Shown: one piece after another, positions 1 through 7,229 of the stretch
How the letters are laid out: each line of letters starts with the position of its first letter
How positions within the stretch are numbered: the stretch's first letter is position 1
Source: Candidatus Doudnabacteria bacterium
GTDB lineage: Bacteria > Patescibacteriota > Doudnabacteria > UBA920 > O2-02-FULL-48-8
Direction of reading: 5' to 3'
DNA length: 64,000 nucleotides
NCBI GenBank assembly: GCA_016186915.1
Contig: JACPKU010000006.1
Location: forward strand, 12,488-76,487
Notes under the pieces: model-generated
Databases searched by the model: none
What the model saw: only the letters and a program-made list of their open reading frames with translations
What the model was told of the DNA's origin: nothing
Translations under genes and position numbers: made by a program

Positions 1-2
1 AA

Positions 3-452
3 ATGTCAGTCTCAGGCGCCATCGCCTGGTTGGTTAAGTGGTTTTTGTTGATTGCTATTTTCTTAGCAGCAACAGACATCTTGGGCTTAGATCAAATTTC
101 TGAATTCTTAAATGCTGTGTTGGCTTACATTCCTAACGTTGTAGCCGCAGCAGCCATCCTATTGGTTGGTACCTTGGTTGCCGGTTTTCTCGCTCGTTTG
201 GTCCGCCACAGTGTCCAAGCAGCAGGCTTAAGTTCAGCTGATCTTTTGGGTTCAGTTACTCAGTGGTCAGTGATGATTTTTACCATACTTGCTACTTTGG
301 ATCAGTTGAAAGTCGCACAATCGTTCGTGCAGACTTTATTCACTGGCATAATTGCCATGTTGGCAATTGGCGGCGGATTGGCATTTGGTATGGGAGGCAG
401 AGAGCATGCTTCTAAGGTTCTTGATAGAATAGAAAAAGACATCAAGTCATAA
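3..452 (+). CDS. Membrane protein, 5'-partial (multi-TM; resembles small conserved-TM-helix / mechanosensitive-channel-like proteins)
   Basis: ORF open to the window edge; several hydrophobic helices with a GxxxG-rich C-terminal half; ends at a strong bidirectional terminator. Confidence 0.5.
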   Translation: MSVSGAIAWLVKWFLLIAIFLAATDILGLDQISEFLNAVLAYIPNVVAAAAILLVGTLVAGFLARLVRHSVQAAGLSSADLLGSVTQWSVMIFTILATLDQLKVAQSFVQTLFTGIIAMLAIGGGLAFGMGGREHASKVLDRIEKDIKS

Positions 453-480
453 ATAGTTCCTTAAAATAGTTTCCATTTCC

Positions 481-530
481 GACGCCCCGACTTTACGTCG
501 GAGGTCGGAATCCCGACCAAAGCGTCGGGA
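481..530. repeat. Alternating CCGAC/GTCGG pentamers forming 3 overlapping alternative hairpins
   Basis: gacgcc-CCGAC-tttac-GTCGG-ag-GTCGG-aatc-CCGAC-caaagc-GTCGG-gac read directly from the sequence. Confidence 0.5.
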
Positions 531-537
531 CAAAAAT

Positions 538-570
538 ACCCCCACACCAGCCAGGTGTGGGGGTTTAATA
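538..570. terminator. Bidirectional intrinsic terminator between convergent genes
   Basis: 10-bp perfect stem cccccacacc / ggtgtggggg with loop agcca; A-run upstream gives a T-run on the minus strand, TTT downstream on the plus strand. Confidence 0.75.
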
Positions 571-579
571 TATTCAAAA

Positions 580-1056
580 TTATTTGACCGTCAATTTGTC
601 TTCTTTGCTTCCGAAAAATTGAACAATCAGGGTTGTCGCTTGAGTTTGAACTATGGCAATGCCCATCTCGGCGTAATCGGACGAAAGGATGTTATCACGA
701 TGTGTTTCAGAAGCCATCCAGCTTTGCTCTAGCTCGACAGGATTGCTAAATCCCTGGGCCAGATTTTCACCAGCATAAGTATAGTTGTATCCCAAGCTTT
801 TGAACCAATGCCAAGGTTTCGTACCGCTTGGACTGGTATGTGAAAAATAATTATACTCGAGCATGTCATAGGCTTTTGCCGAGGCCGCCAGGTTTAACGA
901 AGGACTTAGTTTTACAGGATTAAGGCCACGTTCCGCCCGATCAGCGTTGACGAGGTCAAGAATTTTTTCGGCAGAGAGCGGAGTATTATTAGCGCTGGCA
1001 TTCAAAGCAAATACAACAACAAACAGTAAAAGTCCAAGTCTAATTTTAGATTTCAT
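580..1056 (-). CDS. Secreted CAP/SCP (PR-1-like, YkwD-type) domain protein
   Basis: N-terminal signal peptide; CAP-domain signature stretches (YNYFSH..GENLA..SETHRDNIL). Confidence 0.7.
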   Translation of the reverse strand: MKSKIRLGLLLFVVVFALNASANNTPLSAEKILDLVNADRAERGLNPVKLSPSLNLAASAKAYDMLEYNYFSHTSPSGTKPWHWFKSLGYNYTYAGENLAQGFSNPVELEQSWMASETHRDNILSSDYAEMGIAIVQTQATTLIVQFFGSKEDKLTVK

Positions 1057-1073
1057 TTTGATTTTAATAGGCG

Positions 1074-1112
1074 ATCCGAATTATCCGAATTAACATCCGA
1101 ATTATCCGAAAC
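1074..1112. repeat. 4 tandem copies of ATCCGAA(TT/AC) immediately upstream of the CAP gene start
   Basis: atccgaatt atccgaattaac atccgaatt atccgaaacc; lies in the promoter/5'-UTR of the minus-strand gene. Confidence 0.6.
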
Positions 1113-1315
1113 CAAATATTCATGGCGCTCGGATGTGTTCTTATGATTTAGAATCGCTTTTTTATTTTTGTTTCTTCAGACGAACCCTAACTTATTCATA
1201 TTATAGCAGAAAAATCGTATTTTGTAAAGGAAAAACCGACTAATTTTACACAAAAATACTTTATTGGCATAATACTAAGGCGACTATTTGATAAATAAAT
1301 AACAGAGGGGAAAAA

Positions 1316-2395
1316 ATGTTTAACAGCGAATACACCGTACAAGACCCCAAAAGAGGGAAGCGCAATATACTAATATTAATTTTTGTTTTGTTCGGCATTG
1401 TTATCTTGATTGCCGCGGTCTATTTTTTTACTAAAGTAAATCTGCCCGGCAGTTCCTCCGATGTTCCAGTTGAGTTCACGGTGGAGCAGGGCGACAGCAC
1501 TAGAGAAGTGGCTCAGCAGCTTGATCAACAAGGTATTATTAACAGTCCGTGGGTTTTTGTGGTTAACGCGATCGTGAATAGCGCTGGAGGCAGAATTCAG
1601 GCAGGGGAATATATTTTGAATACAAATATGAGTATTGCTCAAATACTGGATGTTTTAACCGCCGGCAAAGTTGTAAGAGACGAGTTGACTGTGAGAGCGG
1701 TTGAAGGGTGGACCAACAAGCAAGTTGGGGAGTACCTTGAAGAAAACGAAATTTTTAGCCAATCAGAGTTTAATCAGGCCTTATTAAGTTCTGATCTGGA
1801 ATTTAAGTTTTCCGAAGGCAAAAAGTTTGATTACCAAGGTTTCCTTTTTCCCGATACCTATCAAATCAGCAGGAAAGCGCCGGCACAAGATTTAGTCGCC
1901 AAGATGCTTAATAATTTTGAAGCAAAAGTTTCAGACGATCTGCTGGCTGGTTTATCAAACAGCGGCCGTTCTTTGGCAGACGCCGTCATTCTGGCCTCAA
2001 TTATTGAAAAAGAAGTCGGTCGAAACAAAGACAAAATAACTGAGCAAGATCAAAAAGATATGGAGCAGGAACGTAAACTAGTGGCGAGTGTTTTTTATAA
2101 TCGTTTGAGTATAGGTATGCCGTTGGAATCAGATGCCACTGTAAATTACATAACAGGAAAATCTGATCGACAGGTGAGCCTTGCTGACACGAAGCTTGAT
2201 TCTCCCTACAATACCTACCGCGTCAGGGGATTGCCGCCGGCCCCAATTGGAAATCCCGGCTTGGATTCCATTATCGCCGCGATCAAGCCCGCTGATTCGG
2301 ATTACTTTTTTTTCATAAATAAAACAGATGGAGAGGCAGTGTTTGCGAAAACCCTAGCGGAGCATAATGAGAATCGCGCAAAATACTTAGATTAA
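1316..2395 (+). CDS. mltG: Endolytic murein transglycosylase MltG (YceG family)
   Basis: N-terminal TM, then YceG signatures (LFPDTYQI, LESDATVNYITGK, YNTYRVRGLPPAPIGNPG); SD-like cagagggg before the ATG. Confidence 0.85.
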   Translation: MFNSEYTVQDPKRGKRNILILIFVLFGIVILIAAVYFFTKVNLPGSSSDVPVEFTVEQGDSTREVAQQLDQQGIINSPWVFVVNAIVNSAGGRIQAGEYILNTNMSIAQILDVLTAGKVVRDELTVRAVEGWTNKQVGEYLEENEIFSQSEFNQALLSSDLEFKFSEGKKFDYQGFLFPDTYQISRKAPAQDLVAKMLNNFEAKVSDDLLAGLSNSGRSLADAVILASIIEKEVGRNKDKITEQDQKDMEQERKLVASVFYNRLSIGMPLESDATVNYITGKSDRQVSLADTKLDSPYNTYRVRGLPPAPIGNPGLDSIIAAIKPADSDYFFFINKTDGEAVFAKTLAEHNENRAKYLD

Positions 2396-2496
2396 TTCAA
2401 AAGTCAGAAGTCAAAATGCAAAATGAAAAGGTAAAATTAAAAAAGAACTTGATTTTTGATCTTTGATTTTTGGGTTGTTTATGAAAAACCAGGTTC

Positions 2497-2525
2497 TTGA
2501 CTGAAAGCCTAAAACCATATATACT
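2497..2525 (+). promoter_or_regulatory. Sigma70-type promoter TTGACT-17-TATACT for the rplJ-rplL operon
   Basis: -35 at 2497-2502 and -10 at 2520-2525 with exactly 17-nt spacing. Confidence 0.6.
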
Positions 2526-2559
2526 GGTTAAGAATTAAACAAGCCAAAGACCGTAGACG

Positions 2560-2692
2560 GCTAAAACGCCTTAAAAAACACAAGTCTACGCAGGAAAATG
2601 AGATCCTGAAATGAATTCAGGATTGCAAAACAGCGCAATGCTGAACTTGATTCAGCATCTCAAAATTCCGGCCTTTGGATCCGGGTTTTTTT
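2560..2692 (+). promoter_or_regulatory. Putative ribosomal protein L10 leader / attenuator (3 stem-loops plus terminator-like hairpin with U7)
   Basis: Hairpins cgtagac..gtctacg, atcctgaa..ttcaggat and atgctgaa..ttcagcat, then ccgg..ccgg followed by TTTTTTT (2686-2692) about 30 nt before the rplJ ATG. Confidence 0.45.
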
Positions 2693-2723
2693 ATTCTAAA
2701 TTCAAAATTCTATATTCTAAACT

Positions 2724-3245
2724 ATGGCGATTACACGTAAGCAAAAAGAAGAATCATTGAGAGAAGTGACCGAGGATTTAAAAAATGCCCGGGGAGTTGT
2801 GTTTGCGGAATATGCCGGACTGAGCGTTAAAGACATGGATAAGGTGCGCAAAGATTTGAGAAAAGAGAATGTAAAGTTCAAAGTTTTGAAAGTGACTCTT
2901 TTGAAAAAAGCGATGAATAGTCTGAATATGGATCTGGGCAAGTTTGCATATGCCGGACCTTTGGCCGTGGCGGTTTCAAAAGAAGAAGAAACCACACCGG
3001 CGCGCGTGATCAAGGGCTTGATGAAAAATTTCCCAACTTTAAAAATTGACGGCGGAATTTTTAATAACGAGATAGTCGCCCGGGACGTGGTTTTGCAGCT
3101 GGCCGCCCTGCCCAGCAAAGACCAACTGCTGGGACAACTGCTCTCGGTGATTGCGGGTCCGGCAAGAGGATTGGTTACCGTGCTTTCTGGAAATACCAGG
3201 GACTTGCTGCAAGTATTAAATGCAATCGGTGAAAGTAAGAAATAA
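2724..3245 (+). CDS. rplJ: 50S ribosomal protein L10
   Basis: MAITRKQKEE..VVFAEYAGLSVKDM..LRKENVKFKVLK typical uL10; upstream of rplL. Confidence 0.95.
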   Translation: MAITRKQKEESLREVTEDLKNARGVVFAEYAGLSVKDMDKVRKDLRKENVKFKVLKVTLLKKAMNSLNMDLGKFAYAGPLAVAVSKEEETTPARVIKGLMKNFPTLKIDGGIFNNEIVARDVVLQLAALPSKDQLLGQLLSVIAGPARGLVTVLSGNTRDLLQVLNAIGESKK

Positions 3246-3303
3246 TTTTCAATTTTCAAATTGATAATTACCCAAAAGGTCGATTATAGAAAGGAATAAA
3301 TTT

Positions 3304-3711
3304 ATGTCTGAAGAAGTAAAACAAGTTGCGGTTCCTGAAAAGTTTCAAAGTTTAGTGGGGGAGATTGAGAAACTTTCAGTGCTGGAACTTTCAGAGCTCG
3401 TCAAGGTTTTGGAAGAAAAGTTTGGTGTGTCCGCCGCGGCTCCAGTCGCAGTCGCCGCTGGACCTGCCGCGGCAGGAGATGGCGAAGGAGCTGAGGAAAA
3501 ATCTGAATTTACAGTTGAACTTACCGAGGCCGGCGCTAGCAAAATCAACGTGATTAAAGTCATCCGAGAAGTTATGGGAGTGGGTCTGAAGGAAGCAAAA
3601 GATTTAGTGGACGCCGCTCCAAAGATGGTCAAAGAGAACGTAGCGAAGGCCGAAGCAGAAGAGTTGAAGAAGAAGCTAGAAGAAGCGGGAGCGAAGGTGA
3701 GTTTGAAATAA
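3304..3711 (+). CDS. rplL: 50S ribosomal protein L7/L12
   Basis: N-terminal dimerisation helix, Ala/Pro hinge, C-terminal domain [24 protein letters not shown]..; good RBS gaaagga. Confidence 0.95.
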   Translation: MSEEVKQVAVPEKFQSLVGEIEKLSVLELSELVKVLEEKFGVSAAAPVAVAAGPAAAGDGEGAEEKSEFTVELTEAGASKINVIKVIREVMGVGLKEAKDLVDAAPKMVKENVAKAEAEELKKKLEEAGAKVSLK

Positions 3712-4230
3712 CGCTCGTGCAGCCGGCAAAACTACCGGCAGTAAAAGTCTGCTGACTTTTCTGCCTACTCGCTCGCGCCGAAGCAACTGCGCGGGTTAGT
3801 TTTGCAGCTGCACATCACGCTTCTTCCAGGGGATAGGGAGAGGAAAGGCGGGAGAAGAAGCGGGAGCGAAGGTAACATTGAAATAAGTCACTCGGCATAG
3901 GTTACAAATTTAACGGCTGTCAAACTCTGCTGAGTTTGCAGCCTGGAACGTCAGACGTTCCCTGCGTCCTCGGACCGTCGTCCTGCGGAAGCTAAATTTG
4001 CAACTATGCCTCGCGTCCCGTTCTTCCAGTGAAAAAGAAACGGATAGTGAGAGGAAGCGGGAGCGAAAGTTAGTTTGAAATAATTTAAAAACAGACGCTT
4101 GTTCGACACGCGGTAAATTTGACTGGACGTCAAATTTACCGGATTGTCTCACAAGGTCTGTTTTTAATTTGCTTCTGCTTTGGGGAAGAAATAGAAGGCA
4201 AGGAAAGCGGGCTGGACAAAGGGCTGATTT
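3679..4230 (+). repeat. Three tandem degenerate copies of the rplL 3' end (33 nt each: 3679-3711 genuine, 3854-3886, 4051-4083) separated by hairpin-rich ~140-165-nt spacers, plus a weaker fourth copy ~4170-4228
   Basis: Direct alignment of gaagaagcgggagcgaaggtgagtttgaaataa with copies 2 and 3 (29/33 identical each); copies 2 and 3 also share an upstream ttcttccag..gagaggaa segment; perfect hairpins at 3945-3961 and 4111-4141. Confidence 0.8.
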
Positions 4231-4329
4231 TCTGCTATAATAATTATAACGATACTATATGGGCTAGCCAAAAATGGACAAGTTAGCCAATATGGCGTGA
4301 GCGAAACCAAAAATAAAATAAAAAGAAAA

Positions 4330-4420
4330 GCGATACGAATATTGCGAATTCACACACGAAAGATGCGAATCTTTGCCTGATTCGTGTCATTCGCATGTTA
4401 TATTCGTAGTTTCGCATCGC
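4330..4420 (+). promoter_or_regulatory. Operator-like inverted repeats built from TGCGAAT/ATTCGCA and GATGCG/CGCATC upstream of the HTH gene
   Basis: gatacgaatattgcgaat..gatgcgaatctttgcctgattcgtgtcattcgcatg..tcgcatcgc read from the sequence. Confidence 0.4.
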
Positions 4421-4431
4421 TGACACAAAAG

Positions 4432-4668
4432 ATGGCAGAGGAGTTTTCTGGCAATAAATTGCTGACTTTGAAAGAAGCAGCAGCGCTTTCTCCGTACAGC
4501 GCGGAGTATTTAAATTTGCTTGCGAGAAAAAAGAAGATTAAGGCGCGCAAGATCGGCCGTGACTGGTTAATTACCAAGACCGATCTTTTTGATTACCTTA
4601 AAAAACAGCACAGTGAAAGCAGGAACAGGGTGTTGCAGCTAAGTAAGTACATAGGATTACTTTTATGA
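4432..4668 (+). CDS. Helix-turn-helix DNA-binding protein, excisionase/MerR-like (HTH_17) family
   Basis: LLTLKEAAALSPYSAEYLNLLARKKKIKARKIGRDWLITKTDLFDYL matches the excisionase-family HTH pattern; start chosen at MAEEF (the upstream ATG at 4384 lies inside the palindromic region). Confidence 0.55.
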   Translation: MAEEFSGNKLLTLKEAAALSPYSAEYLNLLARKKKIKARKIGRDWLITKTDLFDYLKKQHSESRNRVLQLSKYIGLLL

Positions 4669-5114
4669 AAAGCATGGAAGAAGATCTGCAAAATTTAAGC
4701 GGCTTCCACGCGGCAGCGGTCGTGATGATAGCGATTGGCATCGGGCTGATAGCCGCAATGCTATTTTTAGCCCTGCCTTCTGATCAACAACTAGCAGTCA
4801 AACAGTCTTTAATTGTTTTCGACGCTCATGAGTCTTTTGGTAAGCAGGTGGAAAGTTTAAGATTCGTATTTGAGATACAGCAAAAATATAATGAAGAATT
4901 TTATCTGGCCTCCACCCAAGTTCTTAGTTTCCCGGATGAAGCGTCCAGAGTAAGTGTGGCGCTGATAAAGTCTTTCGAATCGTTCGCTTTTTTCTCTGAC
5001 GTTTTCGTGGCCAACCAAAACCAAACTCGAATGGCGCAAAGTACCCAGACCAACCTCAGCGGTCAGATTCTTGGCGCATTTATTGAGAGGAGTCTTAACG
5101 CAGTTAGTCAGTAG
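4665..5114 (+). CDS. Small membrane-anchored hypothetical protein (N-terminus weakly prepilin-like; contains one IVFDAHESF motif)
   Basis: GF-HAAAVVMIAIGIGLIAA hydrophobic segment; ATGA overlap with the upstream gene; shares the FDxxxS/Q motif with the next gene. Confidence 0.5.
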   Translation: MKSMEEDLQNLSGFHAAAVVMIAIGIGLIAAMLFLALPSDQQLAVKQSLIVFDAHESFGKQVESLRFVFEIQQKYNEEFYLASTQVLSFPDEASRVSVALIKSFESFAFFSDVFVANQNQTRMAQSTQTNLSGQILGAFIERSLNAVSQ

Positions 5115-5116
5115 TT

Positions 5117-5953
5117 ATGCAAGACCAAAGAGCAACCAAACAGGATATCCACCACCATGAACTAGTAATACTTTTATCGCTAGCCGTGTTTAGCTTATCT
5201 TTTATCTCCACGGTTATGAGCTTCAAATACTCAAATGAGATAAAAAAAGCCGCAGTAATTTTTGACGCTTCAAGTCAATTAACGGACGATAAATATCAGG
5301 TACCAATTAGAGCTGTAAATCTCTTTTATAGTCTTGCCAGTATCGAAGCTGAAAAATTACTCAACGCCGAAGAAAGTTTCCAAGAAACGCAAGGCCTGAT
5401 CCTTAATATGTCAAAAGAATTTGCGGCCGCCGCAGACATCTTTGACGGCTCGTCCCAGTTTGCTGATGCCTATGAATTGACCGGTGCTTTTTCTAGCCGG
5501 TATATAGCCGCTCTAGATATCTTTGATGGTTCAGATCAGATAACAGATATTAGTAAACGTATAACCGGAAATATAACCCCGGCCCTGTCTCTGTTTGATG
5601 CTTCAGATCAGATAACAGGAATCAGATCCTATCATACAGTCATGTATGATAGTGCGGTGGCAGTCCTAGATCTGTTTGACGCCACCACTTTGTCATCGCG
5701 TCAGATTGCCACACCTCCTTCGGAGGTTCGCAATGGCGCACCAGGCCAAGTCGCGGGGGAGGAAATTAACTGGGAAACCCCGACGCAGACTTCGCCTGGT
5801 GCGGAGCAGGCAGAAGAGATTGCTCCTTCCTCCGCTGAAGCTACGGAGGGCGAGTCGTCGGCTTTGGAGGAACCAGAAGCTCCTCGCAATGGTGAGGTGA
5901 TTTCTGAACCAGGGCCACAAATAGAACAGCCGGCAATAGAGCCGGAGGAGTAA
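5117..5953 (+). CDS. Membrane-anchored repeat protein with five ~20-aa (I/L)FD(A/G)(S/T)xQ(I/L/F) repeats and an acidic Pro/Glu-rich tail
   Basis: VIFDASSQL, DIFDGSSQF, DIFDGSDQI, SLFDASDQI, DLFDATTLS read from the translation; N-terminal TM. Confidence 0.55.
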   Translation: MQDQRATKQDIHHHELVILLSLAVFSLSFISTVMSFKYSNEIKKAAVIFDASSQLTDDKYQVPIRAVNLFYSLASIEAEKLLNAEESFQETQGLILNMSKEFAAAADIFDGSSQFADAYELTGAFSSRYIAALDIFDGSDQITDISKRITGNITPALSLFDASDQITGIRSYHTVMYDSAVAVLDLFDATTLSSRQIATPPSEVRNGAPGQVAGEEINWETPTQTSPGAEQAEEIAPSSAEATEGESSALEEPEAPRNGEVISEPGPQIEQPAIEPEE

Positions 5954-6026
5954 ATGTGGTACGTAGATGACGCCCGTTTGTCGGTAAATTCAATATAACA
6001 AAAACAATTCTCCACTAAATAATTCA

Positions 6027-6680
6027 ATGTTTCATCGTCGAGCCACACAACTTTTTTACGGGATTTCAAGCTTAGTGATTTCAGTCGCTGTGTTTTTAGT
6101 CTTGCCATTCGGGTTTGGCGAGCTGCAGGAGTTTAAAAAGGACATAAGGAATCAATTTACGCAAGCCTTTATCCAAACAATAGGGGATCAGCCGTTTGTG
6201 GCTGACCACGTGAGTCTAGTCTGGTCTAGTATAAATAATTTCTATAATCAAGCAACAGACAGCACTCTGGCCTTGCTTGCGCCGGGTGGCAGCGAAGACG
6301 ATTTGATGAGGATTGCGTGGGGAGTGAGGGATCGATTTGCGGCGATTGTCCGTGATTTGGAATATGCGAGGACAGGCCGCTTCGACAGGCTCAGGACAGG
6401 AAGAGTGGCCGGAGAAAACAGCGATCCCCGCCTTCGTCAAGACTTCGGCGGGCAGGCGAATCTAACGAATATACATCCGAATGATCCGAAATTTATGACT
6501 GAAGAGCCTTTGAGGAATATTGTCCCGGAAAGCCTTTTGATCGATGATCAGCCGCGCAACAATGATTTTCCGTGGGTGACACTGCAAGACAATATCACTG
6601 GTCAATTTTATTGCGTGGCGATTTATGACGAGGAGGTAAATAAATATCTTGGGCCATGTAAGTTGGATTTAGGGGAATAA
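6027..6680 (+). CDS. Membrane-anchored hypothetical protein (FYNQATDSTLAL motif shared with the downstream paralogue)
   Basis: N-terminal TM; motif NNFYNQATDSTLALL compared with DEFYNAATDEATALF in the 6783 gene. Confidence 0.5.
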   Translation: MFHRRATQLFYGISSLVISVAVFLVLPFGFGELQEFKKDIRNQFTQAFIQTIGDQPFVADHVSLVWSSINNFYNQATDSTLALLAPGGSEDDLMRIAWGVRDRFAAIVRDLEYARTGRFDRLRTGRVAGENSDPRLRQDFGGQANLTNIHPNDPKFMTEEPLRNIVPESLLIDDQPRNNDFPWVTLQDNITGQFYCVAIYDEEVNKYLGPCKLDLGE

Positions 6681-6686
6681 ACCAAA

Positions 6687-6710
6687 AACCGCCTTTCGGC
6701 GGTTATGGTT
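6687..6710. terminator. Hairpin aaccgcc-tttc-ggcggtt after the 6027 gene (T-run is better on the minus strand)
   Basis: Perfect 7-bp stem; weak U-tract on the plus strand. Confidence 0.4.
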
Positions 6711-6782
6711 AAACTCTAACATAATGTTTTCAGTCGGGATTGTCATCTAAGAATATAGTAACAGAACAGAATAATTATAGCA

Positions 6783-7190
6783 ATGCCAAAAAGAAAAATA
6801 AAAAAGAATAGTTCTCGCAGGCACACGACGAGGAAGCCAAAACATTACCCAGTATATTATCTGGCGGCACTGGTGATTGCTTTTCTGCTTTTGGAAATCG
6901 CGTTGCTTGGCAGTGCCAGGATCAAAGATTGGCAGGAGAGTTTTGGGATTCTGGATGTATCTGAGCAATACGAAGACTTGGTAGATGATTTAAGCTTTAC
7001 TTTTAGTCCGATGGCGCAGGCGGTTTCAGCGGTTGATGAATTTTATAACGCAGCCACTGATGAGGCGACGGCTCTTTTCGACGCCACAGATAGTATCTAC
7101 GAAAATATGAAAGTTTACGAAAATACGAAAAAGTTTGCCCTCAGTGTTTTTAGTAACAGATCCGGCAGTGTAGCAGGAGCAAAAGAATAG
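6783..7190 (+). CDS. Small basic membrane-anchored protein, paralogue of the 5117/6027 family
   Basis: Lys/Arg-rich N-terminus, then TM, then EFYNAATDEATALFDATDSIYE combining both family motifs. Confidence 0.45.
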   Translation: MPKRKIKKNSSRRHTTRKPKHYPVYYLAALVIAFLLLEIALLGSARIKDWQESFGILDVSEQYEDLVDDLSFTFSPMAQAVSAVDEFYNAATDEATALFDATDSIYENMKVYENTKKFALSVFSNRSGSVAGAKE

Positions 7191-7229
7191 GTCGGATAAG
7201 TAAATATATGACCTATAATATTTATATAA

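Noticed and set aside
3345-3632. Antisense 95-aa ORF and 62-aa out-of-frame ORF inside rplL
   Set aside because: Low-complexity translation of the Ala/Glu-rich rplL hinge; rplL itself is unambiguous.
3854-4083. Idea that rplL-end copies 2 and 3 encode alternative L7/L12 C-termini (substitutions are synonymous or conservative)
   Set aside because: In-frame stop codons occur 10-28 codons upstream of each copy with no start codon or RBS, so they cannot be translated as such; the synonymous pattern rests on only 4 changes.
3712-4230. Possibility that the repeats downstream of rplL are a CRISPR array
   Set aside because: Only 3-4 copies, 33-nt units that duplicate a gene's 3' end, spacers of unequal length (~140-165 nt) that are themselves related; no cas genes.
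4384-4431. Upstream ATG (MSFACYIRSFASLTQK..) as the start of the HTH gene
   Set aside because: It lies inside the palindromic operator-like region and adds a hydrophobic, non-homologous N-extension; the MAEEF start at 4432 gives a typical ~78-aa HTH_17 protein (still uncertain).
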